From NCBI GenBank assembly GCA_028534125.1, contig CM052816.1, positions 30,258,001 through 30,322,000 of the forward strand: a stretch of 64,000 bases of DNA. Direction: 5' to 3'. Of the stretch, positions 37,722 through 52,221 are shown piece after piece. The translations under genes were made by a program, and so were the position numbers. Numbering within the stretch: the first letter of the stretch is position 1; each line of letters begins with the position of its first letter. This stretch comes from Lama glama (lineage: Eukaryota). The notes beneath the pieces were generated by a model, which was given only the letters and a program-made list of their open reading frames with translations, had not been told where the DNA came from and did no database searches.

Positions 37722-39186
37722 AAAGTTGCAGATCAATCTGTAAAGTAGTGGTTTCCAGTTCTATATAAAAGTTATTAGGCAATCTAAATTCTGAATCTGA
37801 AGCTAGAACAATTTAAGATATTAAAATGCCCTCAACAAACATACTCTCGATTAAATTAAAACCTACTTTAATGAGCCTAGTGAAACATTTTTTGTGACTA
37901 AGCATTTATTTTACAAGTACGTTCACAGTGCATACAGATAGACACATACACACCTTATTCAGTTAAGATTAAGTTAAAAAGAAAGACTGTGTTTGCAGCA
38001 ACAGGTGAAATATTTTTGAAACATGTACAGGTGCATCCATAGTCTTTTGAATCAAATGCACATGGCAAATAATATTGACAAGGCAAATATTTTGCAAATG
38101 TTTATGTCCTTCTCTCTGCAGTTGTGTAAGTGCTAGCCAAGGTTTAGCAACTGGCAACAGTTTGTGGAAATGTTAGCCAAGCAACTACTCTGCTATTATT
38201 GGCCAAAGTAAATACATATCTTATTGCTAGTGCTTCAAACTAACGTTTTCATAAAGGTATATGTACCAGGAAATAAACATCTTTAGTTGAAACCTAAAAC
38301 AGGTATGTGACTGGTTAAAGTAGATGATGATTATTTTATTTTGTTGTTGTGTGAAGTATAGACAAATTTTCATATTGCGTGAAAAGAGTACATATAAAAC
38401 TGTACGTTATGCAGCAGGGGTATTTATTACTCACTTTCTCTTGCGTGTCATAGGATTAAAACTATAACAATTGCTTGGCTCATAGACTTTATAGTCAGTT
38501 GTTGTCTTTCAGGAATTACTCCCTAAATATACATTACTTTGATCATCATCCAGCATGTGAGATAATTTAAGGATAATTTTTGCAAATTAGTTTTTTTTTA
38601 ATTTTCAAAGTTGTCTTATAAGTTTTAGCAAAATAAGCCAATTTTACATAGTTTTACAGTTCTTCTAAATCCTGTCCGGATGATGGAATAATTCTATGCT
38701 TTCTTTGCTTCATTGCCACTCTTGAAATAATAACAAGATGGAGAAATTTAATAGCTAGAGTAGTTACAGAAATATAGAAGCTTCTAAAGTTTTTATTTAT
38801 TCTATATGAGGATTGGGCAGTGATTCCGTTTTTCCCCTCGCTAGCCAATCACATGACATAACATTTTAAGGAACAATACAAGTTCTCTCCTTTATAAAGT
38901 ACATAACATACTTAAATATGTCGTGGCTCACTTTGTGATACTTGTTGAAGAGAGCAGAAACTAGTTTAGGATTAATCGTAGATCATGAATTTCCAACTAT
39001 AATAAAATAAGAAAGTAGTGCATTCAGATGGTATGTCTAGCCAGTGATATTTTAAGGCCATGATACTCTTAGAAAAGTTACCTCAGTTTGTGAATTAGAT
39101 AAATATTCTTGTTTCATTTCTCTAGCGAAGTAGCTAATGAGTTAAGTTTAACTGAAAAAGGAGATTATCCATCTCCGGACTGGTTT

Positions 39187-39351
39187 GGGGAATTTCCACA
39201 GCTCTGGACACAGAGCTCTTTTCTCTATTCTAAAAGTACTTTCTCTTTTTTCTATTCTAAAAAGATAGGGAATCTGTGATGTTGTCAGTGAATTACCTGC
39301 ACTTGCAATTACTGAGTCAGCTGCCGGTGTTCCTTACTCTGGGGAAATGCC
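39187..39351. promoter_or_regulatory. Candidate inflammatory enhancer (NF-kB, AP-1, C/EBP-like motifs)
   Basis: GGGGAATTTCC 39187-39197; TTGCAAT 39303-39309; TGAGTCA 39313-39319; GGGGAAATGCC 39341-39351; in unique sequence. Confidence 0.4.
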
Positions 39352-40094
39352 TCTGCCTGGCTCTAAGAGAGGAAAAAAACCTCTTTCTCTGAAATATTTC
39401 TCTCGAAGTCAGCATTAAATCTGTTGTAGTTAATGCCTCTTTTGATCCTAATACATTATAACCCAAAAGGCTGTAGCCTCTCTCAGTGCATTCTCAGCCT
39501 TCCGTATCTGTTTTACCACCGGCCGCCTGGGACTGGCACATCTAGCTCATCTCATGATATTGAAACTCCCGGAAGGGTCAGGACTGAGAGGGAGCGATAC
39601 CGATTAATATATCAGTAATTGCTAATCACCAGGTGACATGAAAAATAGTTGGACTGACAGTGGGTTGGCAGTTGAGCCTCCAGGTAAAGAAGCTTTCAGC
39701 TTAAAAGTATTAAAGCTGGGATGACACCCAAAAGCCCTCAACTATGTCAGACTTGGAGTGAACAAGGAGCACTCAGATTACCTGCGTCTGTGTACCATGC
39801 TTTCCGCTACAGCCTCCTTTATTTTGATGAATTCAAGCCTTCCCTTCTATGTGGGAAGGTTTAGGCTAATATGCCTACCTATGCCTGAAGAGAATATGCA
39901 CACATTTGTCTCAAATTTTTGAAGCAGCAAGAGAAATAAATCCTCTTGTTATACTGGAACCCAAACTGACAATTATAATCCCTTAGAACAGTATTTCTCC
40001 TGGGGAAGATGCATCACAATATGAGTTTTCTTCCAAATGTATAGCTGAAAAAAGGCTGCATCTGCATTTATGTTCAGCTTTTCTGAGTTCATTT

Positions 40095-40117
40095 ATCACC
40101 ATCATCACCATCATCAC

Positions 40118-40161
<44 letters not shown>
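40095..40161. repeat. (CAT)n trinucleotide repeat
   Basis: Direct reading; source of the poly-Met ORF on the minus strand. Confidence 0.95.
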
Positions 40162-42759
40162 CAGTGTTAACTACGATCCCAGTAAGGTAGATGGGCAATT
40201 TTTCAGAAGCAAAAAAGTACCAGAAAAATTTCACTGAGAAAGTGTTTCTTGTTTGATCACCAGTGCAATCAAAATGGAAAAAAGAAGGAAAGAAAATTCT
40301 TCCTCCTTTAAGGGGTATGGGTTGGTGTCTTAGGAAGACATAACAGGCCATTTTTGAGGGTCTGACTAAATTACATCTGGCAAATCATTCTTCATAGACA
40401 TAGAAGACATAAGACGTGGAAGAAAAAAGATGGCATGTTAAATGGAAAAAGTGTATTCCTCTGTGGAGGTGGCTTCTATCAGAATGGGGAAAGGACAGTT
40501 TATAGGATTATTCATGTGGGACAAATTAGAACTCTGGCCAAATGCTGTACCTTGATGATGCGTCACTAAGTGTGCTGAGTATTTGGGGAGACCTGGCAAT
40601 TAAGTAATATGACCTTAGGCGCCATGCCGAAAGTGTTCCTGGCATAACTTGAAAGGGATTGCTGGGCATTGTGGCAACAACTCAGAGAGACAGTGTCCTG
40701 GAGATGATGATGGGTAAGAGTCCAAGAGAGGCGATGCATAGTAGGACCTCAAGTCATGTGGTAACACTGTGACCTGAAGCCAGGGTCCTCTGTTTTTAAT
40801 TTTCTGTGATATCCTAAACCCAGAAATTCTATGTGATTCGACGAGGAGGGGAGGGAGCTCAGGTAGTGCCCGACTTCTGGCTTGTGATGATCTTAGTAAA
40901 TAGGTTGTTAGAGCCAAATTTGCTTTACTTTGGGAAAATGGGGAAGATTGGCATTTCTTGCTCTTTGAGTATTGTGGGGCATCTGATGCGTGCTGTGTTA
41001 ACACCAATTTCATTAGTTTCCTGTTATGTGTTCGTATACACTTTATCTATAATTCTTGCAAAAACCTTGTGAAGTAAGTCTCTTGATTTTCTTAAATGTC
41101 TTTATTTATCTATTTATAATATTTATTGTGTCAGTAGTATAGTTATTTAACCAAGAATTTATTCATAAAGCAAATACTTATTGTTTGCTTACTGTGTGTC
41201 AAGCACTGCTGTAGGTGTTGGAAATAAACTACAGACTCAAGGTCCCTGCTGTCTAAAAAGTGAAGATACTAAACCAGAGGCATTTTGAGATCAGGGGCCA
41301 GATACTATTTATCCTCTTATTCCCAGATGCTCCGAGGTAGAATAAGGTAACCTCCCTGTCTGTGGTGCACTTACTTTGTCCTTTGTTAGGCATCTCTGTA
41401 TTGTATACAGAATACAGCTTTATCAGGAAGGGGCTATATTGAGAGGATTCCAGGACCACTGACCAAGGGATTGGAACTTAGGGACCTCTGTCTCTCTCTA
41501 ATTAGCTTTATTCTTTCCTGCAACCTATAGTCTTTTTCTACTTGGTGGGGCATTTTTATCAGCATCTCCAGATTTATTCTCTCCCAGTTTCATGGTCTGT
41601 TAGGCAAAAAGACATTTGTCCCAGCAGTAACTGTCCTGACTTTGGGACAAAAGCCCAACCCTGGGAACGTACCAGCAGGCTGAGGATACTGTAGTAGGTC
41701 CAGATCAGATCTAATGGTCAGCTTTCTGTTGAGCACTCAGGGCCAGCTCCCAGGGGAAGGCAGAGTGACACCGCGACCACACGTAACTCTTACAACAACT
41801 CTCAAAAAGTATGTCACACTCCACACTTTAAAAAAACTTAACTTTGTCTCAAAGACATTAAATCACTTAAATATATTCTCTCAGCTTGTAGAGGTGAGAT
41901 TCAAACCCTGCTCTGACAGCTTAGAAATCTGGTGCCCTTTTTGCTAGAGTGTACTATTTCTGTGATGCCTGGAACATGATTGCTCTGGAGTAATATTCAC
42001 TGAACAAATATCATAAGTATTGTACATAAGTAGCAAACTGTGTAGCTAGGATAATCCAAAAGAACTGATGCAACTTTTACCCAGAATTTGAATTGTAATA
42101 TATGGAAGCCTATGAATTTTTAGATTTAAAGTGAAGATATTTAACATGATAGATGTATAAATATGTATATGAATATGCTGTGATATACTTGGAAAACTGA
42201 ATTCTAAAGTACAAAAATAATTACTTCAGTGGTGTAAAAAAATACTATTTTAAATTCTTAGAGAAGACTTTTTTAAGTTCTGAAATTGCCAAAATCCTCT
42301 TTGTTTTGACAAAGTGAGTCAGCTAAACGTATTCTCTGGCATATTGAGAAGAATTTTTTGTTTTACTAAATTGACTTCTGATGGTTTATTGGGACATTTG
42401 TCATCACTGTTTGGGCTGCTTTGGACTGGGGAAATCTGCAGGTGAGTTCTGACTGACTGGCAGCTGCCACTTATCAGGGACCGCATGTGAGGATCAGCAT
42501 CCTGAATGTTGACTGCAGAAGCTTATCTAAGGTGTCCCAGTGTAAGTGCCTTTAAGCAGGTGTGCTCCTGAGAAACGCTTTACAAAAACTGAGCTTCAGA
42601 TGGCTAAGCCAGAAACAGTCTTACTTACAGAACTGATGGGCATGCTAGAGGGAAAGGGGAGAGGGCAGAAACAGGATCAGAGTAGACCCTCCTCGTGGAA
42701 TCGCTTCAGGCACCCTGACAAAGGTGACATTTTCCCTGCTTTCCTTCAGTGTATTATAT

Positions 42760-42990
42760 CCGAGGCCAGCAAACTTTTTCTGTAAAAGACCTTTTCTGTA
42801 AAGCCTAAAATAATTCAGGTTTTGGGAGCCACAGTCTCCTCTGCAGCTACTCCACTTTGCTGTCACTCTGAGCAGACACCCAGAGACAGCACATGAGCAA
42901 CTAGACATGGCTGTATCTCCCCAAAACGTCACTTATAGAAGCTGGTTGGAGACCAAGTTTGGCCTGTGGGCCATAGTTTGCTGACCCTTG
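42760..42990. mobile_element. MER58A-like hAT MITE
   Basis: ggccagcaaactttttctgtaaa..tttggcctgtgggccatagtttgctgacccttg. Confidence 0.85.
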
Positions 42991-43049
42991 ACTTAAATGT
43001 AAGCTATTATTTCATCCATGTTATCTACATGCTTCCATTGAAATATTTC

Positions 43050-43930
43050 CTATATGCAGTGCTCTGTATTAGATAGAAAAGAATGTGATGATGTCGTAGC
43101 TTTGAGGAGTTATAAATCAAACATGAAAGACTTGGAAAAAAGTCATAATGTTTTTATATAGAATGTAAACATTTAAATTTTTATAAGTTTAAGGGAGCAA
43201 TCTCTTATAGAGTGTGTGGTCATATGTGAAAGCAAAATCTAAAAAATCCCTGAAGAATGCATGGTAAAAGGAGATCATAGAGAGTATTAAATGTATAGGG
43301 GCTGGCAAAGGACACCCGAAGGGAAGAGTAGGGACATATTTAAGGACAAGTCACTATGACTTGCATCTTGAACAGTATGAAGGAGTTGGGTTTGGATTGT
43401 GTAGGACTTCGAGTGCTAGATTAATAAATTTGAGTTCTAATTTTAAGCAGTGAGTGCTTAGAAATAAAAGGGGAGTGATGTGAGCTTTATAATGAGAAAA
43501 TAAATGTATAATTTGTAAGTTGTTTGAATTGGAGGGCAGAGAGCTTGGAAGTAAAGCAACAACATAGGAAGTACTTAGAATGGCTCTAAATGAATGGAGT
43601 AAAGACTCAGATCAAAGTGTTAGGAAGTGGAAGTAAAAATAAATGTGTGTGTGTGTATTATATATATAAAATATATTTTAATACAAAAGTAAAAACAAAA
43701 AGAAGTGGATATGAAAGACACCTAAGCATTAGAATGATTAAATATAGTCAACAAATGAGAGAAGTCAAGCAATACTTTTAGGGGCCAAGCCTGAGTAACT
43801 AGGAGAAAAGTACTCATATTTATAGAAATAAGGAAGTCAAGAGGTGAGGCCAGATTGGAGGGGGATGTGATTAATATAGCCTTGAATATATGATGTAAAA
43901 TGAAAGAAAAAAAGATTGAGTCCAATGACA
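43050..43930 (-). mobile_element. L2 LINE fragments
   Basis: gagagaagtcaag..agcctgagtaactaggagaaaagtactc..gaaataaggaagtcaagagg. Confidence 0.6.
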
Positions 43931-46692
43931 TGAGGCATTTTACTCACATAGAAAGTTTCTTATCATCGAGAGTTACATAATGGGAAAAGATAACTGAAAT
44001 CACTTGACTCTTACAGTGACTTCACTGTTAGATCATGACTTATAATAGCAGACTAGCAATTAGAGTGCCAGTCTTCTTGGGCCAGACATCGGCCCCATAG
44101 AGTAATGGTTCTCTTGTTTATTTTATAAGAGAAAGTACATAGGAGAAGAGATGTAGTAGGGAATATTGGAAGTAGAGTTAAGCCATGATTGTCACATAAT
44201 ATATTATTAAATGTCAGTGATCATTGTTTTAAAGATGAATGGTTATCTCCTGGTTTGAATTATAGTACATTTTATTACTGATAGCAATCATATGATTTAA
44301 AATTGTAAAAGCCGCATCACTCTAAATCGTGTTTAATAACTGGGGCATATGTTTTGATAAAGAACAAAAAGAAACTGAGCTGAATCATGCGTCTCTTAAT
44401 TACTGGCTGACATGGGAATAAAAGGCTAGGTTGGATTTTCAGACTCTCTGTTTTTAATTAGAAGTTGTTGATAATGTTGTTTAGTAATCAAATTTAATTC
44501 CAAATTGAGAATTAGGGACACTTGTATTTTTTCAAGTGACCAAAGGACATTGGTTAATGAAGAACAGCATATAAAAATGACACTTTAAATGCTTAACTAG
44601 TTAATAATTTATAGCATTTCAATAGAATGTGTTTTTCTTTTGCTGAAAGGTTTGGATACTATCCCAGATGTTATAAAAATTAATTCTAAGACCACTTCTG
44701 TGCTATAAGCCCCAATATTATCTACATTTTGGAGAATGAGGCCTTGCTACAGATTGATTTAATAAATAGGACTGATTTTTTTCCCTGAAATCTCACAACA
44801 AGCAGGATTTAAGCTATGTGAGGAAAGCTCTGTATCCATTCCCCAGTTTTGGTGCTTTGTTCTGGACTATTCCAGGCCTACTGAAGATGATAAAAGGGAG
44901 GTGGAAAGAATTTGACTTTGACAGTCAGTGGTGAACAATGCATTGGTGAAAGCAGAGAGCAGAATTTTCTTCTGAATTCAGTAATAAGTTCGTAAGAGAA
45001 CAATGTCTTGAGAACAGTCAGCAGATCTGTTGCTATCAGGGAAAGGGGGCAAGCGTAATATGGGGAAACTACCTTCTCAGCTGACATGACTGAAAGACAC
45101 CAGCTCAGTTGTCACTTCATGTGTATAAACATAGAAAGTCTGATTCATGGATATGCTTAAGGAGAATTACTTCGAGGATTTTGACAAGATACATTTTGAA
45201 ATGTGTGAGTATTCAGAGGTTGGATTCTGAGATAAGAAACCGAAGGTCATGGAAAGTAACGAAAAGGGAATACTAAAGTGTCGTCAAAGAAGGATGGGTC
45301 TTAAAATCCAAGTTTCTTTTGTGTTGCACATCATTGTAATGAATTTGGATATATATGGTTGGGGGAAGAGACTGCAGGGGAGTTTAAATACACTTTGTGA
45401 CAAGAGTGGGACTTAAGTTCCCAAGGGGAGTATAAGGGGTGGAAGCAAGAGGCTAAATCATGTATACGTTAAAAGTTTATAGAAGAAAATCTATGGCCAA
45501 GTAGAGACGTCAATCTAGGAGAAAACAGAATCATTTAATAAAGATTTGAATTAAAATACTCCTGCGATTCTACAATTTAAAAGACTATTATAATCACAAC
45601 ATGCTTGATGGATTGGATATATTGTCAAAATGAAGTGAGTAAATGTTTTCTGCGAGTTGGTGTAGGGCCTGGCAGGAGTCACCGAACATTCATGAGTGGA
45701 TGGGTAATTAACCTGAGTTACAATAATTTTTACTCCGTTGTTCTCTTTACTTGAAATAAATTCATGGTCAAACTAAAACTCCATATTAGATTAAAAACTT
45801 AAATGTAGGATGCTAAATACAGAGACATACAGTCCTACTTCTCCCAACTGAGTGAAGTCACATGACCCAACACACAAAACACAACCAGCTAACAGTGTAG
45901 GAGCTGCATCTGATACTTCGTCTTACTGACTTACTATGGGGCAGGAGCAGGGTTCATCCTTTTGGGATTTTCCTGAACCTAATTCCTAATGAGAATGAAG
46001 CTTTCATGTTTGGGCAAATAGAAGATGGTTTAAAAAGTGATCAACCCTGCTCCTCAAGGAGTGTCTTCCAGGGAAGCTCTTAACTTCCTCCTTTTTTCTT
46101 CCAAGAATTTGAATTTAATTATTACTCAGCTCAGTCAGATCCTTAAGCTAGCCTCTTGAGCAATACACCCAGGGACATTTCAGTAGTTCTCAGTGAAATA
46201 TTTCTTCTTTGGGGCCAAAGATTCAGCCACTTTGGGAATAAAGTAATTTAGTAATCAAATTGTGAGCTCCAACTATTTCAGCTGTGGTCTGAAGTCGTGA
46301 TTTTGGAGTAGGTAGACTTGGAAAAGCAAAAAGTTTCTCAAGTCAATACTGAACAGTGTTGGCTTCTTTCAACCTACCTGTTTGATGTGGTGTTCTGATT
46401 TAAGGAGATATTCATAAGTAAAGGGATGATTTGCCAAAATAGATACTGATCCAGAGTGAATGAATGTAGGTCTTTATTGGCAGATTAGAAATAGAGACAA
46501 GAGCAGAAAATACAAATGAAGGGAGGAAATTAGGCAGTGATTCATCAGGCTCTGGAAATGGGATAGAAAAGATAGGGATCCAGGTGGCAAGAGAGACTGG
46601 AAACAATTCCAGGTCTGGGCTGAAGGGCTGTCAAAATTATGAAAATTCTATCCCTTGTAAACACTCACTGAATAGTTTCGTGGGGTTGGTGA

Positions 46693-46918
46693 TATAAAAG
46701 GCAGTACGGTGCTGTTCCTCAGAGAATCCAAGCGGTCCCGGTCCATTCTCCAGGGGTGCCTTGGGTGCCCTGCACTGACAGACTGACCATTTGTGCTAAG
46801 ACTCAGCCAGTCAAATTACCAAGTTTACTCCTGTGCACGACTCAGTGAAAACAGACGTGTATTGGTGAAAGTTTTTCAAATAACAAAAGAACAGTGATGA
46901 CAACACGGGCAGGTATGT
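46693..46918 (+). promoter_or_regulatory. Candidate TATA promoter with a non-coding first exon ending in a splice donor
   Basis: TATAAAAG 46693-46700, locally CpG-richer unique sequence, CAG|GTATGT donor at 46912/46913. Confidence 0.3.
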
Positions 46919-48969
46919 GCCCCGGCGGCAGCCTGCCATCCTCACTTTGGCTTTCACTGTAGATTCGGGCTTGATGTTGGCTGCCTTATGATTAAAGACT
47001 AGCTGTGGACTTTCGAGATAGGGACATTAGGAGATTCAGGCAACATATTCAGAATAAAATACTGACTGACCTTGGAAGGAGGTAGAAGACTTGCCCATTG
47101 CACATCCTAACCAGAAAAGCAGTCACTGTTTTATCGTGCAGTGTTACTAGATCTATCCTAGTTCATCAAATACAGCAAGTGTGGAGTCTCAGCTCAGATT
47201 ATACTCAGCCCCCTGAATTTTTTCTAGAGAGTAGTTTGAGTGAGCATCAAACTAAGTGCAGCTTCGTTAATAACTGCCGCAGCCACTGTGGTCTCTAGGG
47301 TGGTTCCACTAAGTGTATTTACATGTAGAAGTGATTATTCTTTAGTCTCTATGGAGATATGGAAATGTGCATGACTAATGCCAACTGTTAAGACCTGCGC
47401 TGGATTGAGGTAGCGTGATACCGAACTATTTCAGGATTCAGAAGGAAACTTGAAATTACATTTTAGTGTTGACAAGTAAATGCTACTGTTACTCCACATA
47501 AGGCAATGTCTTTACTGCATGAGGATGTAATTAATCTGCTAAAATATGCCGTCTTGCAATTTGGACCATGGAAAACATCACTTTAACTTTTCTCCAGCCC
47601 CGGACTCATTTTGTTTAAGAGGAGGCAATGTGAAGAATGGCACAGTTGATTAGGAAAGTGAGTAACTGGCACTTGAGTACAAGTGGCTTCCTTCCATCAA
47701 GAATGGAGTTCATTATTTGCCACCGTTCAAAGAATGACATAAAGCCAATAAAGCACTTTGTGCAATTTTTTGATCACTCCTTAACAAGTATATCGTTTCT
47801 GCATGTGAGCCAGTGCCACAAGACTGCAGGGTATGTGTGCCATTTGGAAATTGATCAGACGTGAAAAGTATTTTTATTTTTCTAATTCACTCTCGCTCTT
47901 TCCTGGTCTTTATTTTGGAGTTCTAAGCTAATGGAGACACCCGAGCCAGTAGCATTTCTGTTGCTCCATGAAAACTGGTGACTCATACAAAAATACTACT
48001 AAATTTGAGTAAATTTAATACTTACGAATGCTGTTCAAAATATCCAGTTTTGTGGTTCATCTCCTCCAGTGCCCTTTTCTCTTCTGGAAGAGTAGGGAAC
48101 TTCTGTGCCAGTCTCTGTCACTGAAAGTCTCCGGGCTGTTTTACTTTCTTTGAGTCTGCAGCACCCTTCTGAGCTTGGCTTATGAACCATCGGAAGAAGT
48201 ATACAGCATGCATTATTTTTGTGCAGTGCCACAGTCAGATTTGCTGAGCTCCTTTTCGTGTTTAAGTGGGTAAGAAATCACTTTTATCATGTAAACAGTG
48301 TGAGTGTAGCCTATGTATAATAACTATCACATACTATATCAAATTATGGTCCTTCTTCTAACTTTATTTTTGTTTTCTTAATAGCATTTGAAAATTGCAC
48401 GGAGCCAATTATAGAAGAGTCGGAGAAGAGAATCACTTTTTTATACCATTGGCATTGATTTAATAAGCTGTCTATCTCATGGTATATTTGAAGGGCATTG
48501 ATTATGGTTAAATATCATTGATAAAATAGGTAAAACAGAAGCAGAGTTACATAATTTAATTATTTATATGACATTGATAGTTCCTGGGTATGTAGATTCA
48601 AAAACAAGAAAATTAGCACAATGTGGGTTTGATGCTAAAAAGGAAAAAATCTGTTATAGTTAAGTGTAGCATTCTCTCCAAACAAAAACAAATGTTTACA
48701 CACACATTATATTGATACGCATATTGATAACACACAAATTGAAGTTAACAGTCATTTCAGATTATGTTTTATTAGAAGTATGAAAAGATATTAACTGCAG
48801 AAAGTTGTGAGAAAGTTGGTGACTGAAAGAAGCAGTAGAGGAATAAAGAGAAAGATCAGGCATCCTTGAGATCCTCTGAGAAATGGTCAGGATCCTACTG
48901 AGGTCTGTCTCTTTTAGTCAACGTGATTCCTTGACCCTGGTTCCAAGGCAGCCTGTATTGTGATACTTA

Positions 48970-50350
48970 GATTTTTTATTTCTTCTATTAGAGTTTTGTT
49001 ATTTTCATGCATAGAGATCCTGTACATATCTGTTTGATTTATACTTGAATATTTCTTTTTTGGTTGCTATTGTAGATGATAAGTTTTTAAGAATTTTTCA
49101 AATTCTAGTTTATCATTGCCGATATATATAATAACACAAAAATAATTGACTTATCCTTGCTTGTTGGTTTCAGGAGGGTTTGGGGGCCAGTTTGGGGGCG
49201 TTTTCTACATAGACACTAATGTCATCTACAAACAAAGAGTTTTATTTCTTCCTTCCTTTGCTATCTGTGTACCTCTTATTTCCTTTTTTTGTCTTTGTTA
49301 TGAGCTAGGACATGCAGTACAATGTTAAATAAGAGTGATAAGAGAGGACAGGTTTGAGGTAAATTTCACATGGTTCTTTTCACATGCTGCTGAATCTGGT
49401 TGTGAGTACAGGCATATCTTGGAAATACTGCAGGTTCTGTTCCAGGCCACTGCAATGAAGCAAATATTGTAATAAAGTGGGTCATGTGAAAGTTTTGGTT
49501 TCCCAGTACATATAGAAGTTATATTTACACTGAACTGTTGTCTATTAAGTGTGCACCAGCATTATGTCTATAAAGTACATACTTTAATTAAAAATAGTTT
49601 CTTACAATAAAATGCTAACCATCATCTGAGCCTTCAAGTGAGTTGTAATCCTTTTGCAATAGTAAAGATCCCTGATCACAGATACCAGAACAAATATAAC
49701 AATAATGAAAAAGGTTGAAATATTGTGAAAATTACCAAAATGTGACACAGAAACAAAGTGAGCAAATGCTGTTATAAAAAATGGTGTTGATAGAATTATT
49801 CCGTGCAGGGTTGCCACAACCCTTCTCTTTGTAAAAACACAACATCTGTGAAGTGCAGTAAAGTGAAGCACAATAGAATGAAGTATGCCTGTATTTGCTG
49901 GGGATTCTTGCATCAAGTGCTCATAAGGCATGGTGGCCGATGGTTTTCCTTTCTTAGTATCTTTGCCTGGCTTTGGTATCGAAGTAGTATAACCTCATGT
50001 AATGAGTTAGGAAGTGTTTACTCTCCAGTTTTTTGGGAAAAGTTTTAAAAGGTATGGTGTTCTTCTTTAAATGTTTGATCAGATTCACCAGTGAAGCCAT
50101 CTGGTCTGGGGCTTTTGTTTGTTGGGAGATTTTTGATCACTCCTCATTCAATCTGCTTATTAGTTATGAATCTGTTCAGATTAGTCTTGGCATGCTTTGT
50201 TTTGTGTTTCTGGGAGTTTTTAAGTCTCATTTAGGTTATTCATTTTGTTGGATTAGAATTATTCATAGTATGTTCTCACAGTGTTTTTATTTCTGCAGAA
50301 TTGGTAGTGATATCCCCACTGTCATCTCTTGATTTTAGTAACAGCTGATC
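48970..50350 (-). mobile_element. Old L1 ORF2 fragment
   Basis: aatgttaaataagagtgataagagaggaca; ggctttggtatc..aatgagttaggaagtgtt; caccagtgaagccatctggtctgggg. Confidence 0.85.
49409..49891 (-). mobile_element. Tigger1 non-autonomous derivative (Tigger1a_Art-like) inserted in the L1
   Basis: TA|CAGGCATA..TATGCCTG|TA terminal inverted repeats with TA TSD; 483 bp. Confidence 0.9.
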
Positions 50351-50404
50351 TCTGCTTTAGTCAAACATAAAGAATTTTTAAAAAATTACTTAAAGAAGAT
50401 AGGC

Positions 50405-50902
50405 TGTGTTAGTTTCCTTTAGCCAGCATAACAGATTACTGTAAACAAAGCACATGTATTATTTTATAGTTCTAGGCATCAGAAATCTGAATAGTATCTG
50501 GGCTAAAATCCAGGTGTTGGAGGGCTGTGTTCTTTTCTAGAGACTCTCGAGAAGAGTTCATTTCTTGCCTGGCCCAACTTCTGCTATCATCCTCATTCCT
50601 TGCCTCACAGCTCCCTTCCATCTTCAAGGTCAGCAGTAGCTGGTTTAGTCTTTCTTTTATGGCAGCACTCTGACACTGACTTTTCTTCTTCCTCCCCCTC
50701 CTATTTTTAAGAATCCTTGTAATTACATTGGGGCTACCTAGATAATCCAAGATAAATCTCCCTATTTTAAGATGATCTCAGTAGCAACCTCAGTAGCATC
50801 TGCAATCATATTTCTCCCATGCCATGTAACATTAACATATTCATAAGTTCTGAAAATTAAGACATGCACATCTTTGCAGGGGCCATTATTCTGCCTACCA
50901 CA
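50405..50902 (-). mobile_element. MaLR LTR (MLT1C/D-like)
   Basis: tgtgttagtttcct..gtaattacattggggctacctagataatccaagata..ggccattattctgcctaccaca. Confidence 0.85.
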
Positions 50903-51049
50903 TAGACCCTCTAGATTTTTTTTTTAAGTTTGCTTCTTTATATATTTCCTTTTCATTCAATTTGGAGGTTAAATGTGGAACTTGTGGGCTGTGAAGTACT
51001 GGGTAAGGATTATTCTAACACCTCATCTTTTCTTCCTCTTGATTAAAAC

Positions 51050-51930
51050 TTAATGGTTGATTGGCTGGAGGAATCCATGTATAGAGATTGATCCAAGATT
51101 CTGACTTGGCCAGCAGAAGGGAGAGAGTTCTACTCATAAAGAGGAAGAACCGCTTAGGAGCTGTTAAGGAGGGTTAGGAGTTCAGTTTGGAACTGAACTT
51201 AAATTACCAAATGGATTTTTCTTACATAGTTAAATAAGAACATGAGGCTTAGGAAAGGGAGATTGTGAAGATAAAACTTTAGGAGTTATTTACATAAAGG
51301 TGGTCATTAAAATCAAGAAGTAGCTAAAGTCTTCTTAAGAGCACTTACAGAATAAAAAGAGAAGAATGCCTGACCTAGAATTAAAAAATAAGCACTAAAA
51401 GGCTAGGTTCAGACTAGTTCCTCTGGGAATAGGATTGACAAAGAGTAGACAGACAGGTAGGGTGGAAATAAGAGGGTGGAATTACGGACCACAGAGAAGA
51501 GTATTTCTAGAAGGTGGGGACAAGCAAAAATACTAAATGATACAGAAAGTTGAATAAGTTAAGGCCTGAAAAGAGGCAATCGAATTTAGCTGCAAGTAGA
51601 CCACATTGACAAGAATTGGACTAGTGTCTTGGACTAGCCACATTCAAGTGCACTGGGGTAAGAGAGGGAGGTAAGTAGCTAACTGAAGAGCAGTGTGGTA
51701 TTATCTAAATGGGACAAGGAGAGCATGTGGGAAAACTTGGGCACTTGCCATGCCATGAGTGAAGCCATCAGAGGGCCTTGTGTTGAGGATATGGGAGAAG
51801 GAAGAATTGGGAAGTAAAGACCTTGGTTAGAAAGGAAGAATGTATCAGCAAGGAATTACCCTCAGACAGAAATAACTCTTTCTTTGAAGTCAGAATAGAA
51901 AGGAAAGAATAAGCAAAAATAGTGTCATAT
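51050..51930 (-). mobile_element. L2 LINE fragments
   Basis: caagattctgacttggcc..gagttcagtttgga..ggcctgaaaagaggcaatcgaatttagc. Confidence 0.6.
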
Positions 51931-52221
51931 GTTTTTCTTTGGACAGTCTACAGTTTGGAAAATCTCACTTGATTGAATAAGGACCAGTGCCTCTATAAGG
52001 AACATTGTCATTGTGAGTAAGGAACTGAATATGAAGGTGGAGGTGATGGACTGGAGAGATCTATGAAGAGTAAGTTTGGAGTAGCTGCCCCTGATAAGCA
52101 TGGGACAAGCCTGCTTATGACATTTGACAACTCCTGTCAGTCTAGCAAATAAGCCCCTACAACTCAACCTTTTCTCCCTTAAGATTCCACTTCCCTTTGG
52201 CAGCTTCAGTCATAAAAACAT

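Noticed and set aside
39983..40351. 122-aa ORF with a poly-Met run
   Set aside because: Artifact of the (CAT)n microsatellite; no other coding signal
44878..45087. Minus ORF with LRR-like LTVLKTLFSYELI
   Set aside because: Isolated single motif lacking the conserved Asn, far from the cluster
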